Below are positions 44,057 to 59,137 of a stretch of DNA of 64,000 nucleotides, piece after piece. Position numbers and translations under genes: made by a program. The stretch is from NCBI RefSeq assembly GCF_009914755.1, contig NC_060947.1; one strand, written 5' to 3'. The DNA comes from the human T2T-CHM13v2.0 reference genome, Homo sapiens. The notes beneath the pieces are model-generated. The model ran no database searches, was not told the DNA's origin, and saw only the letters and a program-made list of their open reading frames with translations. Each line of letters starts with the position of its first letter. Position 1 is the stretch's first letter.

Positions 44057-44333
44057 TGCTGGGCATGGTGGTTCACACCTGTAATTCCAGTGCTTTGGGA
44101 GGCTGAGGTAGGAGGATTGTTTCAGCTTAGGAATTCAAAACCAGCCTGGGCAACATAGGGAGACCCCATCTCTACAAAAACTTTAAAAATTAGCCAGGTG
44201 ATGCACGTCTGTAGTCCTAGCTACTTGGGAGGCTGTGGCGGGAGGATTGCTTGAGGCCAGTAGTTCAAGGCTTCAGTGAGCTATGATCACACCACTGCAC
44301 TCCAGCCTGGGTAAAAGAGTGAAACCCTGTTTC
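44057..44333 (+). mobile_element. AluJ-like lacking a poly-A tail
   Basis: Dimeric J-type body ending 'gaaaccctgtttc' followed directly by non-A sequence. Confidence 0.92.
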
Positions 44334-44654
44334 TTTATGTACTATAGGGATATGTTAAGTATTTGGCAATTACAAATTTTATTCACATCTAGACATTTAT
44401 TTGATAATTTGGGTTTCTAACTCTTATTAGTAGTTTGAAATTATTTATTATAATGTTTTGTCATTGGAAATAATGCAGATTTTATTTTCAGACTTTAATT
44501 ACTTTATCTTGGATATTAGACTTGCTATTCTTATTCTTTCTTTGTTTCTAATATTTTCTTTCTGTTTAACTTTATTCAAAATTTCATGGTTTGGGTATCA
44601 TTCTGTACACCTATGAATTGATTTAGATTATTTTAAAGAGTATACCAATAATAC

Positions 44655-44900
44655 TTACAAACACATATCTAGTGCTTGCTATGTACCAGACACTGCTCTA
44701 AGTGTTTAATGCACCTGGACTAATTCTAACAGTAACCCAATGAAAACTAATATTTTCCTCATTTTATAAATGAGAAAATCGAAGCGTAAAGAGCTTAAGT
44801 AAATTAACCAAGGTCACACAGCTAGTAAGTGGGAGAGCTAGAGTTCATACCCACACTGTCTGGATTCATAGCTCAGACTCAACTCTTTCATCATAATGCA
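44655..44900 (-). mobile_element. MIR SINE
   Basis: 'gtgcttgctatgtaccagacactgctctaagtg...cattttataaatgagaaaatcgaagc...ccaaggtcacacagctagtaagtgg'. Confidence 0.85.
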
Positions 44901-46310
44901 CCTCTTGACTTACAGGACATTTCGTTAGTGACAAGAATTTCCAAATGTGGCATTTCATTTTCTGTTCTAAGTATTTTTTAGGACAGTATATTGGAAGCAG
45001 ATTTGCATTCATACCTATAGAAGTAAGAATGTAGTCATTAAGGGAAAAGATTATACCATGTTGCTATAAGAGATATTTTAGATTCCGTGTTTTCTTTGCA
45101 ATTTACCTTTTACCTATATAAATAGTTCAAATACCTTATCTTAGCAGTGATGCTACACATAAAACATGTTTTATTAAAACATAGCTAAAGATGACAAACC
45201 TGCTTCAATATTACCAAAGAAAATCAGATTACATTTGGAATAAATAATCAACAGGCATTCAAAAATATGTAAGTACATAGTTCAGTCTTGCAAGTTATAG
45301 TCTATCTAAAAATATATAGGTAAGTAGTAGTCTGGGAAGAAATTATAGCCATCTGCAATACAGTGAGATGGATACTAGGGGTTTTCTTACATATCAACTC
45401 ATGCAAGAAGATACTGATATTGTTTCTTTAGATTATATGGGCTAATCAAAGCAAATTAGAAAACTTTACACTTTTAATTTACATTTAAGGTATTTTACCT
45501 GGAAAAATATTTCGATTTTATGTGTAGATTTTGCTAAAAATATGATATTGCATTTAATGTTATCAGTTAATGTTACCAAACTCTTCTAAATGGAGAAATT
45601 CTGTGAGATCCCTGGTGTCTCTAAAACATTTGGTAATACCTTCAAATGAACATCCAGCGTATTCATATCTACACATATTCCAGAGCCAGTGTCTCTAAAA
45701 CAGATAGGGATTCAGATCATTCCCACATCAGAGAAAGACATGCTTTAGTCTGTGTAGGTTAGGGAGGCAAGAGTCACCCTCTTTGTGTGTGTCAGTGATT
45801 TATCACTCTTCCACCCAAAAGAAGGCTTGTCCTCTTTCCCTCAACCCTGTTAGTGCTTGGGGGTTTGTGTTCAAACATAAATTTTGTCATAGCTATACTA
45901 TAGTAGCAGACATGAATAGATTCACTTATATTTCCATTTATTTCTCCTGAGTATGATCTGATTAGAAGAGGTAAAGAAACAAAGCAACTAGCCAATATGA
46001 AAGGCATATCATTAAAGCCAGAATAAAATCTGACTGTTCTTGATTTCCATCTCAAAATAACTGATGTCTTTCCTAAGTTGAGAATGACCTGATCTGTTAA
46101 AAACAGATTAACTCATCAATTCTGACCAAATCTTCTTAAGAAGGCTAATAGGCTTCTGTTGACTAGACACCATTCCCTGTTTCATTTTTCTGATATCCTG
46201 GATGGGGGTCGGAGTGTTGTTATTCCTGAGAAAATCGATATATCACTGTATTGGAAACGTTTGCTTGTGGTAGCAACAGTCTTGATGTTTGATCATGTTA
46301 GGTTTTATGA

Positions 46311-47028
<718 letters not shown>

Positions 47029-49699
47029 TCATTACTTTTTAGTAGTCTAGAAATCATGTGGTAATATTAATTTTTATAAGTGGTAGAACAGAGTAATAAA
47101 CAGTTTCAGCCATCTTTCTCCTAAGTCTCAGTTAAGAGTTTCTCCTCCATTGTGAAAGCTGAAAATGGGAAAGAACCTATTCTTCCTGTCTAAATGTTGA
47201 TATCCTTGGACTCTAGGATCCAGTAGAGACTTAGGTATCAACACCAAGTATGGCATTACCTTACAACACTCCAAACAGACCCTGATTCATAATAGTCTGT
47301 GCTCTTGCCTGAAAACTTTATATATGAACATGGATATGTTTATTTGAAGGTATGTTTAATATGGGCCATGAGGACATTATGGTTACCTAACTGAGGATAG
47401 AGATAATAAAAGCATTTTAGAATCATTGTAATCCAAACTTGAAAGTAGAAACTTCACTTTAAAAAGCAAGATAGTTTATATTTTGATAGTGCTCCCAAAA
47501 GTTGAAGATTGTTCTTATGGGGACTCATATTGTTGCATAGTTGTTAGTAAAATACCATTTATAATACAAGTTCTGTTGCCATTTGGTTAGGAAATAAAAA
47601 GTAACCAATGTAGTAAATGCTCAATAAATATATTTTGATTATTTGTTGAATGCATTAACATATAATTGTAAAAAAAGTAGAAAGCACAAATCTTAGATGG
47701 AAAGGATCATAGAACTGAAAACATAATATAATTATTTTGCAGTACATCTGAGTTATATTGTGATGTACTTTCCTAACCAAGTCCAAATTAATCAGGAGCT
47801 CTGGGAGAATCATCCCTAGAAACAATGCCTTTAAATAGAGGGTCAGAGGAATTTTCGTATTTCTGGATTTCAAACTGCAGGTGGCTCTCTTGATCTTTCA
47901 GTTCTGAATTTAGGTTAAAGACTGCTGTTCTGCCTTCTTCCTGTCCTTGTTACATCCAGACTATCAGACTTCCTGTTGAAACACTGATAATTGTCTTATT
48001 ATTGGATTGTAAGCAACATCGCTTTTTCTCACATGTAGAAGATAGAGTTTTTTTTGTTTGTTTGTTTAACAAAATATATTGCTTGGCCTTCCTTTAAAAT
48101 GGCTCTGATTTGCCTTTGCATGTCTTGTGTGAGGAGTTGCTAAGTATCAATGGCATTGTTGATAATGCTTGTAAAATAGCATATCAGTATTCTAGCATTA
48201 TTTTAAAAGAACAAAAAACAGGTGATTCTAATCATTTTCCTTCCTCTCATTTTCTGGGTAGCATTGCTGTTTTATCTCATAATTTATTTTGTACACATCT
48301 GGTACTACAGGAATTTTAGGAGTCCCAAAATGAATATGAAAACCTGTTGATACAACTTTAGGTGGAAACCTAAGCCTTATCTGTCCTTTTATTCATTCTG
48401 ATGGTTATTTTAAAGAAATTGCTGGATACCATTGAAGTATAGAGATACAAATATTTTTATAAATTATGTGCCGAAGTAAATTATAAATCACATGGCTTAT
48501 AGTGTGGATTCTTAAATTATCAATCATATCACTTCATATTTTTATAAGCTGAATATCTAATTCTTTTGCAAAGTAAGTTACGTGCAACTGCTACCTTTTA
48601 AAATAATAGATAAATCTAAAATATGGTGGGTGATAAAGTGCTAAAAAGATACTTCTTAGCAATACTTAATTGTGTTACAACTGTAAGCACCAACAGCCAA
48701 AAGATTGTTTGCAATAAAGACCTTATACTAAGACATTCATCAAGTAATAAAATATAACCTCAAATGTCTAATTCTAAGTGATATGTGCCTTATAAATATA
48801 CTTGTAGTAGTGCTACAAAAAAGGCACAGATACCAAACTGACCTTAAAAGTGGCACATGTGGCGTTACTGCAGCTGGGCTATTGTCTTGGAGATTCACAG
48901 AGGAGGCCTCCCAGGAATTATTTGTATGTTCCTTTTGTGTAAAGTTTTTGTCTGGAAAGTCGCTGTGCAAACAGTAGCTGTTCCATAGCACCTGCTTCTG
49001 TTGAGGGAGAGTGAGTCTTTTATTTAGAGAGCATCGGTAGCCATTTCATTCATTACTGCACAATGGACTTACATAAAGAGCAGCATTCCAATGACGCCAA
49101 AAGAAACCAGAGCTTCCAACACGCTGAGGCGCTTGTAAACATTGAGTCTCCCTATGTTTCTTTCTAAACTTTTCTTGCAATTACATCCAGGTCTTTATTT
49201 TGAGGAAAAAAATAATTGATTCAGAGCAATAATAGGAAAAGTTATAAACTGCAATTTTTAATTTAAAAAGCTGTATTATGTAAAATGCTGTGGCAATGTC
49301 ATATATAAGCTTGGTCATTTACATAATTATTGCTTTAATCTTCTTAAGGTATTAGAAAATTAATTTCATTATAGAAATAAGGATGCCAAAATATTTCATA
49401 GAATTTTTTTTAATGGTCATGGAATTGTTTTCAGTGTGCCTATCTTCCTAACATTTAAATGATTTTATTATTTTCGTGGCCAATCATCTTCAATATGATG
49501 TCAATATCCAGTGCATCTGCTACTTTCCAGCCCTTTCATTGACCCCTGGCAGTGTGGTACCCATGTTTGTTACTCTACTGAAACTACTCTCTCTATTGCC
49601 TCTAGTTCCTACCTTCTAACCTTTTCTCTCAGCTATTATCATTCTTCATCTTTATGTTTGATAAGACCTTCCTGATACATCTTCTCTTGGTTTTGTTTT

Positions 49700-51182
<1,483 letters not shown>

Positions 51183-52869
51183 TGATACATACTGACCTAC
51201 TTAGTCTTCTGCTTTCTTATGATGATCAGCTTTTCTTCCCACTAGTTTGTGACTCAGGTTCCTTTTTAACATTCTTCAATGGTTTCCATCACACCAAGCA
51301 CCGACCACCATTACCTTCTCTGATGGTTTCATATGATCCCATTTTCTTCACTTAGAAAAATATTCACAGAGTCACAAATCCTGTCTAATTAATTCATATT
51401 TATTAGATGAGGAATAAGAAATGGAGGAAAAAGTCAAAAATCTTAACACAGTTTTTAACCACCCCTGGGTTGCCCACTTAACATCATTCAAATCTGCAGC
51501 AAAACCATAGAGGAGACTAAGGTAGTAGGGATGGAGAAGAGAAATTTTTGAGAAATCCTCAAAAGGTATAATTAACGAGACTATTATTGATAGAGAAATA
51601 ATTGGGTACTGGAGAGAACAGTAAAACAAGTCCATTTTGCTATATTTTGGCAAAAATTATAATCACAGCTATTTTCTTTTTTTTCTACTAATAATTGGAT
51701 GGTTATGTTTAAGAACAGTATGACAAAATATCATTTTAGTTGAAAGTGCTAAAGGATGATACAAATATTTTTGATGGTTTTGTTATACTTACTAGTAATC
51801 TAATATGACAGTATTATGCGTACATGTACCATGCCTTCTCGTGGGATACAAGCTATATTTGGCAGCAGGGGGAAATAACAAATCACAAGAATAAAGAGCT
51901 CATATTTTTACATTCATATTTTCAGAATGACTTTAGTGTTTCCCCTTGTGTTTCCCATGTGTGTTTCAAATCACCTTATTCAATTTTGCTATCTCTGACT
52001 CAGATATAGTGTACTATACATATATAATCTGTCATCAGTTTCATTTTTAAGTGGAAAATTACATTAACCTCTGGATTTTCAGTGAAATGTTTTTCATGGC
52101 ACTATGAAAACACAATAGTGTAAATTGTACCATGTTGACATAGCTAATTATTCAAAACTGGGTCATGGCTTAAATTGTAGTGAGTAGAAACATACGCTTA
52201 AAATAATTGTAAGCCAATAACTATACTTTAGAGACTTTGTGCCTTTACTTGTCATATTTTTGAGACTCGATTTGATTTCCTGTTTAGTTTAACAAATTAT
52301 TTTACTCAGGGCTTTACAATATCTGTCCAGCTCATTAGTTGTTACTTCTTTTACCCTTTTTATACTTGTTCTGGCTTTTCAAGGCTCACTGATTAACCAC
52401 CCTTTGCAGCATTTCTCAGCCCTGGTGTGTTAGCTGAAGTCATACTACTTAGGGAGATTTTAGGTATTTTCTGTAAGTGATGTCCATGGGTGACTTTAGG
52501 GGAGCCATTTATGTATGGAGGCCACTGGCTATTGGAGCCTGACAAGAGGTCTCCATAACTAGTTTTCATCAGAATGCAAAATGATAAAATTTTGAGGAAT
52601 AACCTTAGGCATTCATTGGAACCTATGGGGCGGGAGGGGGGGGGACATCCTAAACTGTGATAATAAAATACAGAAAGTTGGAAAAATAATGGAAAAATCT
52701 ATAATTCTATAAACTTTACAGCCTACCTCAATGCACAAAAGGTGTTTATTATAGTATAATGTATTCCCATCTTTTGTTCAAGCATCATTCCATCAAGGGA
52801 ATGCCCACTGTATTTAATCTTGTTAACAGTATGTTAATTGCAAGTGCTAGTTGTTTTTCTGCTTTCTTT

Positions 52870-53600
52870 TGTCAATTCACATTTATTAAATGCATACTTA
52901 TTTTCTAGGCACTGTGCTGAATGCTAGGGGTACATAAATAAGACTCTGTGTCCTCGGGGAATGCAAGGATAGTGGGGAAGATAGATAGGTAATCAATTAT
53001 TATCATAACATGTGTAAATGCCAGAAAAGAGAAGAGTAGGATATTGCAGGACCACAGAGGGGAGAAGGCCACCGAACTCCGATGAAGGGAAGTAAGCAAG
53101 AATTCCCAGTAGATGTTGATGCCAGATCTGAATTTCAAAGTCAGAATGGGAATTAGCCAATTGAAAAAGGATTGCAATAGCAAAAAATTCTAGACACAAT
53201 GAGAGTACACATTGAGGCATGTGTTAAGGTTTGAGAAACTGTGGTGTTTTCAAGAAACTCTAAGTTGTTTGGTGTAAGTGATAGGTAGTGTACTTTTAGG
53301 GAAAGTGGTAAGAAATCAGGGCATAAAGGGATGAAGTTACCTACTCACTAATGGCCTAGCTTGCAGTATTTAGGAGTTTAGATTTTATTCTAAAACTAAC
53401 ATGGAATGAGAATATGTTAAGCAGAGAAGTAACACTCTCAGATTAAATAATTATAAAGATCACTCTGATTATGGTCTGAGAGATGTTTGGGACCTGGTTG
53501 GGGATGGAGAAGGGGCCATTTGGTCTTGAGGCAGAGACTAGTCTGGAGCTTCTTGCAATATAAATTGAGGCAAGACATTGCACATGTCATAAAGTAGTGA
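52870..53600 (-). mobile_element. L2 LINE 3' fragment
   Basis: 'catttattaaatgcatactta...ctaggcactgtgctgaatgctagggg', 'taaggagtttagattttattct', 'aaagatcactctg'. Confidence 0.75.
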
Positions 53601-56600
53601 GAATAAGAGCTTTGTACATATTCTATATAGAGAAAAAGTACAAAATTTGGTTTTAGAACTTGATAAGGGCTATTATTTTACATTACTCAAATTACTAAAT
53701 TACGGTTCTATTTCCTGAATTTATCCTTGTCATTTTGATTGGAATTTTGAGTGTTGGTTAGGCAATTTAGTGCCAGATCTTTGAACTGATCAGTTTAATG
53801 CCACTAGATAGCTATTAATAATAATAGCCATTATCTGTAGGCTTTTTTCTATTCTAATTTCCCTAATTTTTAAGCTCTTGGGGGGCCAGTGTGTTACCTC
53901 ATTCTTGTCTCTTTTTACATCTATTACTGCTATGCTCCGCTTAAAAAAGCACTCAAGTCCACAAATCTTAGTGTAAAGGAAGTATTTCAAAGAGATTATC
54001 TCAATTACAAAAGAACTTGCATAAGTTTCCTGGAATATTTTTAAGAGAGTATATTATGAAAACTTAATTTTATTTGCACCCTTTGCCTAAAGGATGTACT
54101 GCTTTGTTTCAGAGAGTCTGACTTATGTGACTAACTACTTTGGCTCTTTTAAGTTTTCAGTTTTCCTCGAATAATTCAGTATCTCTATTGGGATCATTAA
54201 CTGTTTACTTCACACAACCATTTACTAAAGACCTGGTCTACTCAAAGGACTATAATTCTAAGTAAGACAGTATGATGCCCTTAAGGAACATGTGTAAACC
54301 ATTGTATGGTATCCTTCCCAAGGGTTCTGGATTCTGTATTTTGAAAGTCTCAAATTCACTGCCAGCCATCTACAAAGAGGTTGCTTCTTTTTCTGGTAGA
54401 AAAACAATTCCTAATATGCTATAAAAATTTTGTTGAGAATATTTGATCTTCAGATATAGTTAGGTTTCCATAGATACATCTAGACTAGATATCCATTCCG
54501 TGTCAAGAAATGAAAATGTGAGATTTTTATGAGCAAGATTAGCAAACAATTAAAACCAGTTTCCAACTTTAAATATTTGAAATCCTCACATTCACAGTGT
54601 ACTTTTTTTCCTAAGTAAGATAATAGCGTCAGAGATCAGAAAGATGCCAGATCTAATAAACTAAGTCAGCTGCATTAGAATGCTAGTAAATGTCCTTTTG
54701 AAAGGTCATCTCCATTAGTCCTTTTGTTGCTCTCCTTATAGGGTTTTTCCCCCTCTTTCTCTCTCTTCTTTTGAAAATGGTCATAGCTTACTTTAGCTAA
54801 ATAGAGAATTTTATGAATTATTTAAAGTCTCTGTATTTAAACAAAACAAAGCAATAGAGAATGTCTAAATAGTATAACAACATAAGTAAACACTTTCTTT
54901 AAAGATGTTTGAAAGAAAAGAGCTGGAAAACCAAAGTTACTGTCACAAGGATTGGTAAATTCCCTCAGGATAAGTTACTTTGTGGTACATATCAGTAATT
55001 TCTTTTTAAAGAGTTGCTGGATCAGTGTAAATTTTCAAACTCTAAATAAAACTATATATGTTCCATCTATGTCTTGATGATGATAAAGTTATGAGTAGAT
55101 ATTAATTACAAGCATCCTCAAAAGAAAATATACACTGGTATAAAGGGCCAACATGATTTTAACTTGCTCTTTTGATGATGACTTCTAATACTTCATGTCT
55201 ATGTTGTTCCAGTAATTAGCATGAAGGAACTGCCCTGCCAGCTGGGAATGTCTTAAAGCCATCTTCTTATTATCTTTTAAGTTATTGATAATGTAACAGA
55301 GATTTTGAATTTAAAATATATAAATTCTGAAATCATTTTTTTTTGTAGAGCAGACATTGTTAGTGTGTGCATTTTTTTTTTTTACTGTGACACTGTTTTA
55401 TGAATTAAACTTAATAAAGGCAAGTACTTGTATTACTGCTAAAAATGAAAACCAAAAGGATCCAGATATTGCCAGATAGGATTTGGTCAGAATTATTTGT
55501 TTATAGAAATTAGGATTTTAAAAAGTCAATGAAAAATATAAGTGTTCCAACAAGCATTGTAGTCCACTTTTATTATTATGTATGTAGATAATTAACAGTT
55601 TCAATCATATTGTGAGTAGAAACGTATGTATGATATAGAGTGATCTTTAAAATAATCTACATGGTATATACAGAACAGATTTTTTTTAATGTTGTTAGCC
55701 TAAGGTTCCAAAAAATAGGAAAGTGGAAATCAATGTGGAATTGTCAAGTCTGCAAAATATCTTTCCTTGGGATTGTACAGAACTCATTCTAAAAAAAAAA
55801 AAAGTCAAAAACTTCATCCTGCAGCAATGTTCTTTCATGACTTAGGACTAGAAGAAAGAGAGAAATCAGACTACCATCATGTAACGATTTAAAAATTAAT
55901 CCATACTTGAGACCCCTGTACCACTGAGTTTTTTTTAACATAACCTCCTCTTTTCTCGTATAAAAAAACTAGATTCAGAACATTACAGTTGAGGAGGAAT
56001 ATATTACCATTGTAACTACTGAACACTCTCTATTACTTAATTTTTTTAAAAGTGTGTATGTGTGGATTGGATACAGTAATCTAGGAAAGTCTCTGTGTAA
56101 CAGTGAGCATGGTATTTTTCTAGACATTGTTGGTCTCAGAGGTCCCCATTAAAAAGAATAAGAGTTGCTACTTCTCAAACCTTGTCAGATACTGGGCATA
56201 TTACCTGCATGCACAATGGAGGGTTTGAGGATACCAGTCTACCTTTGTGATAACCTTGTTTATACACTTACAAAACATATCGGCTAGTGTATGCATTATT
56301 TCTACAACACTACCACAGCTTTGCTTGTAAGATTTTGTAAGAAATACACAAGAGGAAGGAATCATAGGCCTTGGATTCTGAAATGTCTAATTCAGTCACA
56401 GTGATGCAGTGCTCAAATGAACTATAGCAGATTTAATGAGCAATCCAGGACAGAGACACATGTACTGGACACACTAGGGAAAGAGATTACGTGTACAGGG
56501 GCTAATTAGCATGAAATATGAATACATTCATATAAGTAGTCTTGATCTATGGGACGCCTTCATTATTGGGAATGATTTTTGCATGAAGTTAATGAAGAGA

Positions 56601-57011
56601 AATTCAGGAGTTATGCTGTATAAAGAATTTTAAAATAGTATTTTAACTTTTTGATTCTGCAAAGTCTCAATTTCTGGAGCAAAAAAGAAATTGCATATCA
56701 TGAAATAGTATGAGCAAATGAATGTGGATCTATTTTCTACAGTGTCTAAAATATAACAAGGTGGGGAACAGTAGCTATCCTTCATTTAACTGATTAATCA
56801 ACAAATAGACTTCAATCTCTTGAATTAGATATGTACAAGATATTGAGTGTCAGTTTGATATTTTAAATAAGGGAATGTGGTCATAGTGTATTCCAGAATA
56901 TATACCTCTAGCCAGATAGTTGAAAGGCTTGGATTCAGTTTGTTGGGTATTCTAAGCATCTTTACCAAAGAAATCAGTCTTGAAGCAGGATTTAGAGAAA
57001 GAATGGATTTC

Positions 57012-57239
57012 GACTGGACATGGTGCCTCATGCCTGTAATCCCAGCACTTTGGGAGGCTGAGATGGGTGGATTGCTTGAGCCCAGGAGTTTGAGGCCAGC
57101 CTGGGTTACATGGTGAGACCCTGTCTCTACAAGAAATAAAAAAATTAGCTGAGCATGGTGGCATGCGCCTGTTGTCCCAGCTACTTGAGAGGTAGAGGTG
57201 GGAGGATCCCCTGAGACCCTGTCTCCAAAAAAAAAAAAA
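57012..57239 (+). mobile_element. AluJ-like with an internal right-arm deletion, within an L2 relic
   Basis: The right arm jumps 'ggaggatcccctgag|accctgtctc'; A tail present; flanks share 'gatttc'. Confidence 0.92.
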
Positions 57240-57926
57240 GATTTCATTTGTTTTAAGTTTGGTTAAGGCTTATAGGAAAAGGAGCCAGAGAAGTGAGAAG
57301 AATAATATTTGAAAATAGACCAGGATTGTAATATTAATTTGAATATCAGATACTTTATTCCATTTAAACAACAGTTTTATTCTAATTTGAGGTTTGAAAT
57401 TTAACATATGAAAACTTGGAATTTAAAAGAATTTTTGATAAATGTTAAATATTGGAAGTTTGAGAAATTAAGCTGATTTTTGCCACTGCCCTTCAAAAAA
57501 GTTCAACATTGTATTGCTTAAATATGTGGCTATATTTATGTAAAATACACAATTAATATTAATATTTTATTATTTCGTATCTGACTTCAATACATTTTTA
57601 TGTGCTTCCTGTTTGTGGATATCTTAGAAACTGCTACAGAAGTCAATATTCTTAGAAAATTCAGTAATTCAGAGATGTGAAATTAGAACAATAACAGCTT
57701 AAGTGGTTTATAAACAAAGATTATTTGCAAGAAATAGAATATTTCTGTGTAAGTTCATTGGGTTATGTGCCATCTAGCAGAAAAATAGGCTGTGTATGGT
57801 GTTTATGTTCAGTGTTCTCATGGTTGCCCATGGTACTGAACTCACACCTTTATATGTGCAAAATGTGTGTAAGTGAAGCAAGGAGTTAGTGGAGCTGGTA
57901 ATCAGAATAGAATAGGAATGGGAATA

Positions 57927-58896
57927 AATTTAGAAGTGACCATCATTCTCTCTGTCCCAGCTTTGAACAAGTCAAAATGCACATGATTTTGTACATTTCA
58001 TTATCAGGGCACCTTTTGAGAGAGAGAGTCGATTGACAAAAGATGGGTCGTAAATCAGACTAATTCTTTGTGTGACTGCTCTTTGCTTTATGGGAACATG
58101 TTTGACTTTAGGGACATAAACTTCAGGGAGGTGCAATAGGTAGATGACAATCATTAAAATAGCAGAAGACACTTGCTGAGTGTTGAGCATTTAAATTGTG
58201 CTAAATAATGTGCTGGATGAGTTTACCTAAGTCTCCTCATTTAATGCTAGCAGATTCCTTGTAAGATATAGGTACTATTTTTTTTTAATCTCAGATTTAT
58301 AGTTGAAGAAACAAAGGTTTAAGGAGATAAGTATTTTGCTTGAAGTTACACAACTTTTAAGTGGTAGATCCAGTATTCAAATCTGAATCATTCATACAAT
58401 TGAATGTATACCTCATTTAATTTAGTAATATATTATTCTTAAACATTGAGAGTAACAAAAGTTCCTTTTGAATCCGTTTTTCTATTTAGCTAGGCAATAA
58501 GATGGCCTCATTTCATCTTTTGTGTACTTTACTGTAGTACAGCTGTGAGAAAATCATACTAGGCTTTCTGCTGGTTAGATCTCAGACATATATGTATATT
58601 TATCTCCTGCTGCCTGTCGAAGCACTTTTTGCTCTTGCAAATGCCTGTAATCTGGCCTGTATGTCCTCTGTCACTGTAGGTTCCACAAAATAGGGTCTCT
58701 TTCCTTCCTGCAAGCATTGCCTTGGGGGATATTTTCATGTTTCCTTTTGTGTTCATTCATGGCATGTATGTTCATTTTATACCATTTAGGAAGCATGAGA
58801 GATTTTAAAAAGGTCTCTTGAATTTATATGACGCAATTGCAATTTAGAAGTAACCATCATTCTCTCTGTCCCAGCTTTGAACAAGTCAAAATGCAC
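57927..58896. repeat. Dispersed 56-bp direct repeat pair (57927-57982 and 58841-58896)
   Basis: aatttagaagt(g/a)accatcattctctctgtcccagctttgaacaagtcaaaatgcac; 55/56 identical, offset 914 bp. Confidence 0.95.
58140..58390 (-). mobile_element. MIR SINE
   Basis: 'taggtactatt...tttatagttgaagaaacaaaggtttaaggagataagtattttgcttgaagttacacaact...aagtggtaga'. Confidence 0.7.
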
Positions 58897-59137
58897 CTTA
58901 ACGTTTTATTCATTTTGCTATTCTTTCAGTGATGGTTTCCCTATGTCTGCGGTTTTTCGTTTTTTACTGTGTGTGTATCCTTATATTTTTATAAGTACTT
59001 TATTCTGGTATGTAGTATATACTATAACCTGCTTTTTGAATCTAATATTTATTCTTGGAACATAAACTAATATTCTGCAAATACATGATTTTATTGGCTC
59101 TATAAAACTCCCTTGTAAGAATATACTATGATTTATT

